A stretch of 64,000 nt of DNA from a virus (taxonomy: Duplodnaviria; Caudoviricetes), in IMG/VR virus record IMGVR_UViG_3300027770_000038, positions 48,806 to 112,805 of that record; one strand, written 5' to 3'. Positions 18,697 through 29,077 of the stretch are shown here, piece by piece. A program made the translations under genes and the position numbers. Position 1 is the first letter of the stretch. Each line of letters begins with the position of its first letter. Under the pieces are notes generated by a model. The model saw nothing but the letters and a program-made list of their open reading frames with translations, was not told where the DNA came from and made no database searches.

Positions 18697-20603
18697 TGCG
18701 AAAGAAAAAGATAGTAATTCAAACGGATTGGTGCCTCGCTAAAACTGGATTCGGTAGGGCGGCGAAGGAGCTAGTCTCTTACCTATACAACACGGGTAAG
18801 TATGATATTATCCATTATTGCGGGGGAACCCAAGTGGGTTCTCCCGTTTTATCCAAGACTCCTTGGAAGAGCCTTGGGAGTATCCCTACCGATCAAAACG
18901 AGGTCAATAGAATTAATGCCGATCAAACTCTTGCAAGAGATGTTTCTTATGGGTCTTATTATATTGATCAAGTAATCAAAGAAGAGAAGCCTGATGTTTG
19001 GATTGGCGCACAAGACCCTTGGGCGTTTACTCAATACTATAACAAACATTGGTATAAGAACATCACTTCTCTGCTTTGGGTGACTCTTGATTCTTTGCCC
19101 ATTTATGAAGAGGCGATTAATCAAGCTAAAAAGTCTTCTCAGTATTGGATTTGGAGTGAATTTGCTACAAATGAAATGCACAAAATTGGCATCAATAATG
19201 CCAAAACTGTACATGGCCCAGTAAATCATTCTAAATTTAATTACTTAGGTGCAGAGAAGAAGAAGCAGTTAAAGGCTAATTTTGGGCTTTCTGATTCTTT
19301 TATTGTTGGTTTCGTATTTAGAAATCAACTTCGCAAGTCTGTTCCAAATCTATTAGAAGGATTTAGAGACTTTGTTAAAAATAATCCTGATGTTAAAAAT
19401 GCAAAGTTACTATTGCATACTCATTGGGGAGAAGGCTGGGATATCCATAAGCTTGCTGACGAATACAAGATAGACAGAAAAGATATCCAGACGACTTACG
19501 TTTGCAATAAATGTAAAAATTACTTTATTTCGCATTTTCAAGGGCAAGAATTAGGCTGTCCAGTATGCAAGTCTGAGAAGAGTTGCTCGACTACCAACAC
19601 TGGATTCGGTGTATCCGAAGAGCAGCTATGTGAGGTTTATAATTTGATGGATGTGTATTGCCACCCATTTACTAGCGGTGGTCAAGAAATTCCAATTCAG
19701 GAAGCTAAGTATTGCGAATTACTAACTCTTGTCACTAATTATAGCTGCGGCGAAGACATGTGTCATCCTGATGCTGCGTCTATTCCTTTGGAATGGTCAG
19801 AGTACAGAGAACATGGAACGCAATTCAGAAAGGCTTCGACATACCCTTCTTCTATTGCCAAGCAGTTATATCGCGCCTACAAGATGTCTGATCTAGAGAG
19901 GAGACAGTTTGGACAAAAGGCAAGGAAGTGGGCTATAGAGAATTATTCTGTTCCTGTTATTGGAAAGATGTTTGAGCAATATATTGATTCTATTCCATTC
20001 ACTACTTACGATTTCTCTTTAAAGGAAGAAGAAAAAGATCCCAATGCAGCTATTCCAAATATTACTGAAAACGGAGAATGGCTGATCTTCATGTATCACA
20101 ATATTCTGAAGATGAAACAGGTGGATCAGAATGAGGATGGATACAAGCATTGGATGGAAAAGCTTTCCAAAGGAGAAACTCGACAGAATGTTGAAAATTA
20201 TTTTCGTCAAGTAGCAACACAAGAAAATCAAAAAAATCGAAAAGTAGATTTTGAAGATATTTTAGATCCTGCTGACAAAGGAAAGCGCATCTTGTTTGTA
20301 ATGCCTGAAAGTATTGGAGATATTTATCTCTGCACTTCTCTTCTTGAATCAATTAAAGAGACTTATCCTGATCATAATTTGTATTTTGCTACCAAGAAAG
20401 AGTACTTCTCAGTTCTTGAGGGTAATCCATGCATCCATAGAATACTAGAATATATCCCTCAAATGGATAGTCTACTGTGGCTTGAAGGACACGGTAATCA
20501 TCAAGGCTACTTTGAAATAGCATTTCTTCCCCATATAGGAACACAAAAGATGCTTAATTATCTTCACAACGGCAAAGATAAGATCGCATTCGATATTAAA
20601 TAA
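18696..20603 (+). CDS. Multidomain glycosyltransferase: GT4-like domain with Zn-ribbon insert, fused to a GT9-like N-terminal half
   Basis: 'TGFGR', 'RNQLRKS', 'CNKC...CPVC', 'VYNLMDVYCHPFTSGGQEIPIQEA', then 'RILFVMPESIGDIYLCTSLL'. Confidence 0.8.
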   Translation: MRKKKIVIQTDWCLAKTGFGRAAKELVSYLYNTGKYDIIHYCGGTQVGSPVLSKTPWKSLGSIPTDQNEVNRINADQTLARDVSYGSYYIDQVIKEEKPDVWIGAQDPWAFTQYYNKHWYKNITSLLWVTLDSLPIYEEAINQAKKSSQYWIWSEFATNEMHKIGINNAKTVHGPVNHSKFNYLGAEKKKQLKANFGLSDSFIVGFVFRNQLRKSVPNLLEGFRDFVKNNPDVKNAKLLLHTHWGEGWDIHKLADEYKIDRKDIQTTYVCNKCKNYFISHFQGQELGCPVCKSEKSCSTTNTGFGVSEEQLCEVYNLMDVYCHPFTSGGQEIPIQEAKYCELLTLVTNYSCGEDMCHPDAASIPLEWSEYREHGTQFRKASTYPSSIAKQLYRAYKMSDLERRQFGQKARKWAIENYSVPVIGKMFEQYIDSIPFTTYDFSLKEEEKDPNAAIPNITENGEWLIFMYHNILKMKQVDQNEDGYKHWMEKLSKGETRQNVENYFRQVATQENQKNRKVDFEDILDPADKGKRILFVMPESIGDIYLCTSLLESIKETYPDHNLYFATKKEYFSVLEGNPCIHRILEYIPQMDSLLWLEGHGNHQGYFEIAFLPHIGTQKMLNYLHNGKDKIAFDIK

Positions 20604-20604
20604 T

Positions 20605-21777
20605 ATGCACCTTTTAGAACAATATTCTCTAGCTTCTGGAGTCAAGATTAAGAAGCCATATATTTACGAAAAGTTTTTCCCAGTAACTGCCGAAAAGTAT
20701 ATCACTTTCCATCCAAGCTCAAAGCCTTCAAAGACTTACGATTACTGGCAAGAAGTAATAAATATTATTTGTCCCATCTTAGATAGTAAAGGCATTAAAA
20801 TTATTCAACTTGGGCAGGATAAAGAAAAGGTCTATAGCGGCGTTGTAAGCTTAGTGGGATTTACTAATATAAATCAAACCGCTTTTATTTTAAGAGACTG
20901 TTTGCTGCACTTTGGTGCAGATAGTTTTCCTACTCATATCGCTTCTGGATACAATAAAAAAATTGTGGCTTTGTATTCTAATAATTACGTTAACTGCGTA
21001 AAGCCTTTCTTTGGAAACCCCAAGGATCACATTCTGCTTGAGCCTAAAAGAAATAGTAAACCAACTTTTTCTTTTGAAGAAAATCCCAAGACGATTAACT
21101 CTATTAAACCAGAAACAATCGCAGGGAACATATTAAATCTTTTAGAGATCCCCCATTCGAATTCAATTCAAACTCTTTATTTCGGCACTGAATATAATAA
21201 CATGAGATTAGAGATGGTGCCTAATCAAATAGTAAATCCAACCCAATTTAATTCTAACAATATCGTAGTTAGAATGGATTTGCAACATGATGAAAAATTC
21301 TTAAACGAGCAATTACAAGTCTGTCAATGTTTCATTATGACAGATAAGCCGATTGATGCTAATCTAATTTTAAACAATCAAAAGAATATCGGACGAATCT
21401 TTTATGAAATTAAAGAAAATAGCAGCCTAGAGTTTGTTAATTTTCTTGCTCATAAAAATATTTCTTATCAACTATTTACTTATTTACAAGGAGAGAAGCT
21501 TGAACAAGCGAAGCTTAAGTATCTTGATCAAGAAATAATTGTAGAAATGCCAACTAATTTAAAACAAAAGACTGGAATTGAGTACACTTTAAATGCCTTC
21601 TACAAGTCGAACAAGAGAATAATTAGTAATGGCAAAATTTATTTAAGCGAATCTTCTCTCAAGAATGGCATGGAAGCGAAGCAGGTTGCCGAACCAGTCA
21701 TTGACTGCCCAGAGTTTTGGAAAGAAGCAGAGAGTTTTTGGATTTTTAGAGTTGACAAGTCGCCGGTTGCCGCATAG
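20605..21777 (+). CDS. GT9-like glycosyltransferase C-terminal half plus an unknown domain
   Basis: 'YITFHPSS...KTYDYWQEV', 'IIQLG', 'HFGADSFPTHIASGYNKKIVALYS'. Confidence 0.7.
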   Translation: MHLLEQYSLASGVKIKKPYIYEKFFPVTAEKYITFHPSSKPSKTYDYWQEVINIICPILDSKGIKIIQLGQDKEKVYSGVVSLVGFTNINQTAFILRDCLLHFGADSFPTHIASGYNKKIVALYSNNYVNCVKPFFGNPKDHILLEPKRNSKPTFSFEENPKTINSIKPETIAGNILNLLEIPHSNSIQTLYFGTEYNNMRLEMVPNQIVNPTQFNSNNIVVRMDLQHDEKFLNEQLQVCQCFIMTDKPIDANLILNNQKNIGRIFYEIKENSSLEFVNFLAHKNISYQLFTYLQGEKLEQAKLKYLDQEIIVEMPTNLKQKTGIEYTLNAFYKSNKRIISNGKIYLSESSLKNGMEAKQVAEPVIDCPEFWKEAESFWIFRVDKSPVAA

Positions 21778-21780
21778 TAT
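21752..21780 (+). promoter_or_regulatory. Sigma70-type promoter, probably giving a leaderless mRNA
   Basis: TTGACA (21752-21757), 17-nt spacer, TAGTAT (21775-21780). The GTG start at 21787 follows a 6-nt gap. Confidence 0.7.
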
Positions 21781-21786
21781 ACCTAT

Positions 21787-22485
21787 GTGAATACCGTAAA
21801 GAAACTTGTTCGTTCCTCTGATGGTCTCATTGAAGGTGTAGAATACCACTTTAATGATGACGGCTCTATTAACTGGCGCAAAATGATCAAGCCAGAGTTC
21901 CTTGTCCCAAATAGGGATAAGACCAATGAAACTGATGTCACCAAACTAGAAGATAAAGATCTACTTATTCTTCTCGCTGGGATTAAATATGTAGCTCAAC
22001 TTAGAGGATTCTTCTATGTTGATTACACCGTAACCTCTCCAAGTTCAGACTATGTAGTGGCGGTTTGTAAAATAGAGTGGATTGCAAACTATGAAACACA
22101 AGGGAATTCGATAGCCTTCTCTTCTATTGGCGATGCTTCTCCCGGTAATACGAAAGACTTTGCTCGTCACTTCTTGGGTCCGATTGCTGAAAATAGAGCA
22201 TTTATCCGCTGCGTTCGAAACTTCTTAAAGATCAATATTGTCGGTCAAGACGAAATTGGCAAGTCGAAGAATAACGTTGTCGATGACTCTGCTGAATCTT
22301 CGGCTGTATTTGAGCCTCATGCCATTCTTGAAAAAGTAATGAAAGATAAAAGCGTTACTTTCGCAAAATTGAAAGAACGCCTTATAAAAGAAGGCTACGT
22401 TAACGCAGACTCGTTTATGTCAATAGCCGACATTCCAAAGATTAAAATCTTTGAAATGATTGAGAGAATTCAAAAAGCTAAGTGA
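21787..22485 (+). CDS. Putative single-strand annealing protein (Rad52/Red-beta superfamily-like)
   Basis: 'GDASPGN...IAENRAFIRCVRNFLKINIVGQDEI' resembles the AEtRA..R..R...I....EE helix of phage annealing proteins. Last gene of the replication block. Confidence 0.5.
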   Translation: MNTVKKLVRSSDGLIEGVEYHFNDDGSINWRKMIKPEFLVPNRDKTNETDVTKLEDKDLLILLAGIKYVAQLRGFFYVDYTVTSPSSDYVVAVCKIEWIANYETQGNSIAFSSIGDASPGNTKDFARHFLGPIAENRAFIRCVRNFLKINIVGQDEIGKSKNNVVDDSAESSAVFEPHAILEKVMKDKSVTFAKLKERLIKEGYVNADSFMSIADIPKIKIFEMIERIQKAK

Positions 22486-25400
22486 TTAAGAAACTCCAAT
22501 TCCGGGCGAGCTAGACCCTGCGCCAACAGATCCAGCAAACACCTTATTCGCTGAACCAACGCTTCCCAATCCTTTAAACAAGGAAGCTTCTGAATTTATA
22601 CTTTCAATTCTTAATTTTAGATATTTAGAATCAACTGGGTCTATTGGGTTTACATAATCTCCTGTGGGAGGAACTTTTGTAGAGAAATCGACTCTTAAGT
22701 TCCTTCCATTCTTGGAAGGCTTTACTGTAGTAATCAAGAACCTCTTTCCATTATATCCAGTAGGGTAAAGGACAGAAGTCTTAAATTGCAAATCCATAGA
22801 ACTAAAATCGGCATCATCCGTTGAATATATTTGATCGTATCTGACAGTGAAGCTACTTTCTCCAACGTAAGCGTTTCCAGTTAAAACGATGTCTGCTATT
22901 CTGGCGAAGTTATTTGGATTTTGTATATTTAAGAAGGGTTGATCAGTCGTCTCGTAAACTGCACCATAGTTAGCTAATCTCAAGTCTAATTTTTCACCAA
23001 CCACAAAACCATTATCTAATGGAAAAGTCGTTGAAACAGTATAATAGGCATAATACTTAGACCCATCTCCACTTTGAGTTGCAAAATTATCTCCAGAGAA
23101 AACAAGATTAGCTGGAGGATTCCTTAATATGAAACCTGATGAAGGATTTGGAACGATAGCATTATTACCTTGCCAGAAGTCTTGAGTAGGAGAAGTTGGA
23201 TTAAATGTTATATTTACTCCCGTAACTTGACCTACATAAGGAGGCATAAACGAAACAATAGCATCTATAGTAGGAACTCCTGCTCCACCATTATTTAAAC
23301 CGATGCTAATAGGAGAGAATGTATAACCAGCGCCTCCACTTACGATATTATAACCAGTAATGATGCCTCCCGGTTGATTGTAGAAATTTATTTTTGCTTG
23401 TTTTTTATTGAATTGAAATGTTGTTGCGAAGTCTTCTATTATTTGTCCATTGACTTTAGTAAAGAAGTTGACTCCTGTTAGGTATCTTATTCCTTGTCCA
23501 TTAAAAGAAATTACAGAGCCATCCCAGCCACTTACTTGAGTGCTTCCATCTAATCTATAAGTTAGATTATTATTTAGATAAGCATCATTAACAGATATAA
23601 AAGGAATGTAATTAAAGTTCCCAGTTACAAGGTACTCTTCTCCCAAGTAAGTTTGCAGATAGAACATTCCAGAAATTGGTCTTACATCTTCAGCGTCTTT
23701 ACCGTGCATACCCCTTCCTACCATTGATGGAGGATAGAATTTTAATTGACCATAGTCTTTATATATCACGCTACTGCTCAACTCCCTAGCGTCAGTCACT
23801 ACTGAGATCCCAGATTTAAAATTTGCAGCTAAATAAGGGAAGTTTGGAGTTATTGTCCCAGAAGCGCCTCTTGCAAGAGTTGTTACACCTTCAAATCTAA
23901 TTCCTGTCACATAATTAAGATTAGCTCCAGTTAACGTAATTAGTGATCTAAATGTCCCAGTTGTAATATTTAAAGTAGATGTCGAAATAGAAGGAGGTCT
24001 GATCGTTATTGTCTTATAAAGATTATCAGCATCAAAGCTATTTCTTTGGAAGAAAATTTGTCCACTTCCAATATAACCATCTAAAGTAATATAGCTATTA
24101 GAACTTACAGTAGTCCCTATTCCGATTATATCTGCACCACTTATTAATAGATCTAAATCTGGTATTTGAGAAGAAACGTCAGACACGATATTTAGATTTC
24201 CAGACAATATAGAGTACCCAGTATAAGGTTGAGCTAGACCAGAAAGAGTTGATATGTCAATAACTTGCATAGCTTGAGAAGCTAAATACTGACCCGTTTT
24301 GTTAGTAAGTAAATTAAATCCACTAATATATAAATCTCTAGTTTGAAATCTATGAGCATTTATTCCAGTAAGCACAATTGGATCTGTAGTCCTATAAACG
24401 TTAGTATTTGATCCAGATATCGTAGTGCTTGGATTAAATGATGGAGAGAAGCCTTTAATTTCTACAGTAGTTCCAGAATTAAAAAACCTAAAAGAACCTT
24501 TCTTTACATCTCTTGGAACAGTGACAAATGCGCCAGTTGCAGTAGGAGCGACGACATGGGGATACTTTATTATTTCATTATTAAATCCAACACCATAAAA
24601 ATCAAGAGCATTTAAATTACTTCCAGACAAGCTAATAGAATCTCCAAAATACGCAGAGTTTGGAGTTATTTTTAAAATTATTGGATTAACAAAAGTTAAA
24701 GAATCGGTAGTGGTGACTCTTGAACTACCGTTTACAACTATTGGGCCATCCGAGACGTCATATACTTGAGGAATAAAAAAGCTTAATCCGCTTATATTTT
24801 GCCTTCTGAAAGCTGTTATTACTTTATATGCACCATCTTGTCTCCCTAGTTCAATAGAAGTAACGGTATTTAAAAATTTTCCAGAAAGAGTAATCAGAGT
24901 ATTAGCAGCACCCGTTAATGGAGAAAACCCGTCTACAACTAAAGTCCCGCTCTTGATCGGCAAGCCACTTGCATATGTATAATTATAGTAATTTGAATTA
25001 ATTGTTAAACTATTTCCGTTTTCTGCAAAATTAGGAACTGTGAAAACTATCTTTTGATCAAACTCGGAACCATTTTGAGAAATTGTATAATTATTAACGT
25101 TATAACCTCCAATATTAATTGAACTAACATAATAAATATCACTTCCATATCCAGTAGCTGGCTGACCTTGTTCTAATAAAGATGGATATATTCCTGTTAT
25201 CGTTGGGGTCTTTAAGAATGTAAATATCTTATCAAAGCCTCCAGTAATTCTTGAATTAGAGTTGTCTAATACTAAATTAGATTTTCTAAGAGATGTTAAG
25301 TTTGGAGTATTAAGACTTAGGTATCCAAAACTTCTTACATTATCATCAATCAGCCCAGCATTAGCATGAACTAATACTTCTGTAGTTGAATTATTTCTAG

Positions 25401-27996
25401 CTCTTCTAATTGGCGCAAAATTAGAATACTGATAAGGATTTTCTCTAACTACCCTCACTTCATCTATGTAACCACTCCAATAGTTAGCAGGAGTATTCGC
25501 ATAATCTCTTCCTATGTAAACATCAAAAGTTGGACTAGTTAAACTCTTATCACTATTTAAACTAAAATCTAAATTAGAAGTTGCAAAATCTAAAGAATAA
25601 TCGCTTCCGCTTAAACTTATAAGCGCACCATTTAATAAAATTTTTCCGCTGATCGTACTTTGATTTATATAGCTCTTTGAAATAGACAAGTGATTCCAAT
25701 CTGAAACATTTATTTGTCCAGAAAAATTAGAGTTAAAGCCATTCCAATCTATTCCCGAAATTACTACCTTATTAGAAGTAACGAAAACATTTAAACCGCT
25801 TTGACTTCCTATTAAAAATTTTCTATCGGACGCAGAGAAAGAAGTTAATGGCTTAAAGTCTAATTCAACAGTAAAACTATTTCCATAACTTAAAGGAACG
25901 TTTGGAGACTGCCCTGTAATTGAAAATTTAATATAAGGACCGGGGCTTCCAGAAAACAAGAAACTCCTGTCATCAAATTTAGAAGTATTGTTGCTTATGG
26001 CTACAGAATTAGAAATCGTTAAATCTTTCTGAGGCCTAAATGTCGATTGATAAGAATAACTATTTGCATTTTCAGTAGCTTCGACGATTGAATTAGCATC
26101 GCCAGTATCCTGAAATAAGAACTGAGATTCTGGGTAGATGTTATGTCCAAGAACTTCAATAAATCCTCCTATGTAATTTTCAAAGGTTGATATGTTTTTG
26201 ATTACTGGAGAGCTTTTAATGACTTCAAAATTCTTAAACAAGAAATCTCTTCCGCCCGTGTTTCTTATTGTGATATCATAGCATCCTGCGTCTGCATTTG
26301 TACCAGTAAAAGTTAAGCTAGTATTGCTAGAATTTTTAACGAAAGCAGTTATTGGAAAAGTCTTATTATATAATCCATAATTATAATCTTCTACATATCC
26401 AGAGATATCTTTTATATTAGATATTTGAGTCCTGTCTGCTCTGTAATCGTAGTCAGAATAGTTTCCTTGAAGGAGTAGTTTTGTATTTGGAACATCAAAT
26501 AATCCAGAACCAGTAACTAATTGATTAATACTGCTATATAAACCTGCATCTTTAACAATTCTAAAATCTTCTATATATCCAGAAAATGAATTAATTCCAG
26601 AAGCTGCATAAAACGCTGGATTATTAGCTCCTATAAACAATCCGCTACCTGCTGTAACTGTATAAGGAACTCCTGCTGATGCTGCTCCAAAAACCTGTCT
26701 AGATGCCCCGCTAATAGCATAAAAGGTATATCCATTGGGAGTAGTTTTAGAAATTAATACTTTTGTCCATTGATTGGCAGGTATTAAAGAAGTCGCTATA
26801 TTAAATTTTGCACTATTGCCTGCATAGAAAGTCCAATCAGTACTGGCAGCAGGCTTAGAAAAATAAAACCCATTTCCATCCCAACCTCGGTCTTGGAACA
26901 GATCAATTCTTTGAGCGGTTGTATACGGTAATGGATTAATTGAAAATTCAATAGTAAACATGCCTGATCCAAAATTAAAATCTCCACCAGAAGGAGAAGG
27001 TATCTGCAAGTAAGAGTTTCCGCTAAACAATAAAGACCTTCCAAATATACCAACGTTAGAACTCCTTACTCCGCTATTTAATATATTTTTTGGTTCTCTG
27101 TAATTTAATCCACTAAGAATAATTCCTGTTGCATAATCGAAGTTCTTACCAATGGCTATGTTTGATTGTCCAGAATTTAAATAAAAGTTTAAACCATTAA
27201 ATACTTGAGGAGTTTTTAAAACAGTGATTTGACTTCTAGAAGTAAAAGTCGTGTTGTCTTTTGAGTTAATTGTTAAAAATCCTTGGTTTGCGTTTTGGGG
27301 GATAATTCCAGAAATCATATCTCCGACACCAGTAAACCTTGCGGTAACAAAACCAGTAGCTTGACTATCTGCATAAGTAGTAAAATTTACAGGAAAGTAT
27401 CCTTGGCTTACATAAGACAGATTAAAATTCTTACCAGAAATTCTTAATAAGTCCCCTTCATAAGGAAGATTGTCGCTAAATCCACTTATGAAAATTCTAC
27501 CATAAAAGTTAAAATCACTAACCGCAGGTACAATTCCTGTGTTGTTATATCCACTAACTCTAATTGGACCAGTTGTATAACCGCTAGGCACCTTAACCAA
27601 TAAGACACCGCTGTCTGGTTGATAAGATATGTTCGTACCAGTTATATTATTAAATGACACATATTGAATACCGCTCAATGATTTGCCACTAATTGAAACA
27701 AATTCTCCAACCTCTTGGGTTTGAGGAATTACTGCGTCCAATCTTGGGATTGGGAAAAATGGCACTCCGCTGACATACATTGGAGATGAAATCGTATCTC
27801 CTGTAATAAAATGAAACCTAGCCTCTCCAAAGACTACATTCTCTGGAATATTAAACTCTATGTATTCTGGATCAGCTTCGTAATATGAGAAGTCTACGAA
27901 TCCAGCACCGGGAAGTTGCAAGCCACTAACGGCATAAAGACCTGCGCCCGTAACGCGCATTCTTTGATTTATCGAACCTGTATTGTAACTTGGCAT
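22486..27996 (-). CDS. Large virion/tail appendage protein with IPT/TIG repeats and two LamG (ConA-like) domains
   Basis: Repeated 'P..G..ITLSG.NL..V..I.F' IPT units. LamG ends 'FSGYIEDFRIVK' and 'WSGYIDEVRVVR', with 'FTIEF' and 'WNHLSISK'. Confidence 0.75.
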   Translation of the reverse strand: MPSYNTGSINQRMRVTGAGLYAVSGLQLPGAGFVDFSYYEADPEYIEFNIPENVVFGEARFHFITGDTISSPMYVSGVPFFPIPRLDAVIPQTQEVGEFVSISGKSLSGIQYVSFNNITGTNISYQPDSGVLLVKVPSGYTTGPIRVSGYNNTGIVPAVSDFNFYGRIFISGFSDNLPYEGDLLRISGKNFNLSYVSQGYFPVNFTTYADSQATGFVTARFTGVGDMISGIIPQNANQGFLTINSKDNTTFTSRSQITVLKTPQVFNGLNFYLNSGQSNIAIGKNFDYATGIILSGLNYREPKNILNSGVRSSNVGIFGRSLLFSGNSYLQIPSPSGGDFNFGSGMFTIEFSINPLPYTTAQRIDLFQDRGWDGNGFYFSKPAASTDWTFYAGNSAKFNIATSLIPANQWTKVLISKTTPNGYTFYAISGASRQVFGAASAGVPYTVTAGSGLFIGANNPAFYAASGINSFSGYIEDFRIVKDAGLYSSINQLVTGSGLFDVPNTKLLLQGNYSDYDYRADRTQISNIKDISGYVEDYNYGLYNKTFPITAFVKNSSNTSLTFTGTNADAGCYDITIRNTGGRDFLFKNFEVIKSSPVIKNISTFENYIGGFIEVLGHNIYPESQFLFQDTGDANSIVEATENANSYSYQSTFRPQKDLTISNSVAISNNTSKFDDRSFLFSGSPGPYIKFSITGQSPNVPLSYGNSFTVELDFKPLTSFSASDRKFLIGSQSGLNVFVTSNKVVISGIDWNGFNSNFSGQINVSDWNHLSISKSYINQSTISGKILLNGALISLSGSDYSLDFATSNLDFSLNSDKSLTSPTFDVYIGRDYANTPANYWSGYIDEVRVVRENPYQYSNFAPIRRARNNSTTEVLVHANAGLIDDNVRSFGYLSLNTPNLTSLRKSNLVLDNSNSRITGGFDKIFTFLKTPTITGIYPSLLEQGQPATGYGSDIYYVSSINIGGYNVNNYTISQNGSEFDQKIVFTVPNFAENGNSLTINSNYYNYTYASGLPIKSGTLVVDGFSPLTGAANTLITLSGKFLNTVTSIELGRQDGAYKVITAFRRQNISGLSFFIPQVYDVSDGPIVVNGSSRVTTTDSLTFVNPIILKITPNSAYFGDSISLSGSNLNALDFYGVGFNNEIIKYPHVVAPTATGAFVTVPRDVKKGSFRFFNSGTTVEIKGFSPSFNPSTTISGSNTNVYRTTDPIVLTGINAHRFQTRDLYISGFNLLTNKTGQYLASQAMQVIDISTLSGLAQPYTGYSILSGNLNIVSDVSSQIPDLDLLISGADIIGIGTTVSSNSYITLDGYIGSGQIFFQRNSFDADNLYKTITIRPPSISTSTLNITTGTFRSLITLTGANLNYVTGIRFEGVTTLARGASGTITPNFPYLAANFKSGISVVTDARELSSSVIYKDYGQLKFYPPSMVGRGMHGKDAEDVRPISGMFYLQTYLGEEYLVTGNFNYIPFISVNDAYLNNNLTYRLDGSTQVSGWDGSVISFNGQGIRYLTGVNFFTKVNGQIIEDFATTFQFNKKQAKINFYNQPGGIITGYNIVSGGAGYTFSPISIGLNNGGAGVPTIDAIVSFMPPYVGQVTGVNITFNPTSPTQDFWQGNNAIVPNPSSGFILRNPPANLVFSGDNFATQSGDGSKYYAYYTVSTTFPLDNGFVVGEKLDLRLANYGAVYETTDQPFLNIQNPNNFARIADIVLTGNAYVGESSFTVRYDQIYSTDDADFSSMDLQFKTSVLYPTGYNGKRFLITTVKPSKNGRNLRVDFSTKVPPTGDYVNPIDPVDSKYLKLRIESINSEASLFKGLGSVGSANKVFAGSVGAGSSSPGIGVS

Positions 27997-27997
27997 A

Positions 27998-29077
27998 TTA
28001 TAGTCCTTCGAAATTTATAGATAGTCTTATGTCGTTTTTATTTACGCTTGTTTTAAAATTAAATATTGAAGAAGAGTTAGTTTCTTCTGTTTCAATATAT
28101 ATAGGGGCAGCGCCTTTTAATTGAGCAGGAGCGACAGCGGTTAGAGAAGAAGTAGAAGCGACACTAAAAGAAGAAGCTTCTGTATTACCAAAAAGAATCT
28201 TTTTAACATTTATGAAGTTACTTCCATTTATAGTAACAGTTCCTCCCGGCAAAATTACTCTTGGAGTAAAGTCTGAAATAAGTGGTTTAAAATGAGAGAA
28301 ATCTTGTCTTAAAGAAAACTCAGATCTGATGTATCCTTGTGCCTCAACTGAAGATTTTTTTGAAGATACTATTCCCGCAAAAGACAATGTGTCTAATGGT
28401 TGAGACCCAGTTTGCAAAGATACATAAAAAGAGCAAGGAACGCCTGAATAAGGCAAAGAATAATTAAAATTATCTATTTCAAAACTAAGGCTCTGAGATC
28501 TTTTTCCTAAATAAGCTCTTCCGCTTTGATCAAAAGCCGAAGATTCTTCTTTGTTGTATTTTTGAACCTCTCTCTGGTATTGATAACTAAAATTAGTAAA
28601 ATTATAACCATTTGAATCAAAAGGCGTTCCATCTAAGTTACCTGATAAATAAAAACTTGAGAAATTTAATGGAGTGAATTCTGGTCTGTTAGCAGGAGTA
28701 GTAGCAGAGAAAGCCCCTTTCAAAGGCTCGAAAACTTTGATTTCTACATCAACTTTAGCCAGAGCATCAGGAGAACCTTTTATAGAATAGTTTGTAATAT
28801 AACCATTTTGGAAAGATAAACCGCAAAAGTTTCCAGAAATACCCTGCTCTGAATTAGCTCCTAATAGATATTCTTTTACAAAGTCTTTACCTGTTAAGTA
28901 ATAAGAAACTGAGAAGGTCGTATCTACTGTGTCTTCAGCGGCATAAGAATAAGAATTCTTTTTAAACTCTTCATTATAAACAGGAGTGTTTGATGAATCA
29001 AGGGACATGTTTACATTAGAGGCGAGAACATCAACGCCACTTAAGCTAAACGTACAATTTTTATAATTAAAAAACAT
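27998..29077 (-). CDS. Tail-tube-like minor tail protein with a C-terminal IPT/TIG domain
   Basis: 'NGYITNYSIKGSPD' matches the tube protein's 'NGFLTNYSVNAAVG'. C-terminal 'ISDFTP...PGGTVTINGSNF...ILFG'. Confidence 0.6.
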   Translation of the reverse strand: MFFNYKNCTFSLSGVDVLASNVNMSLDSSNTPVYNEEFKKNSYSYAAEDTVDTTFSVSYYLTGKDFVKEYLLGANSEQGISGNFCGLSFQNGYITNYSIKGSPDALAKVDVEIKVFEPLKGAFSATTPANRPEFTPLNFSSFYLSGNLDGTPFDSNGYNFTNFSYQYQREVQKYNKEESSAFDQSGRAYLGKRSQSLSFEIDNFNYSLPYSGVPCSFYVSLQTGSQPLDTLSFAGIVSSKKSSVEAQGYIRSEFSLRQDFSHFKPLISDFTPRVILPGGTVTINGSNFINVKKILFGNTEASSFSVASTSSLTAVAPAQLKGAAPIYIETEETNSSSIFNFKTSVNKNDIRLSINFEGL

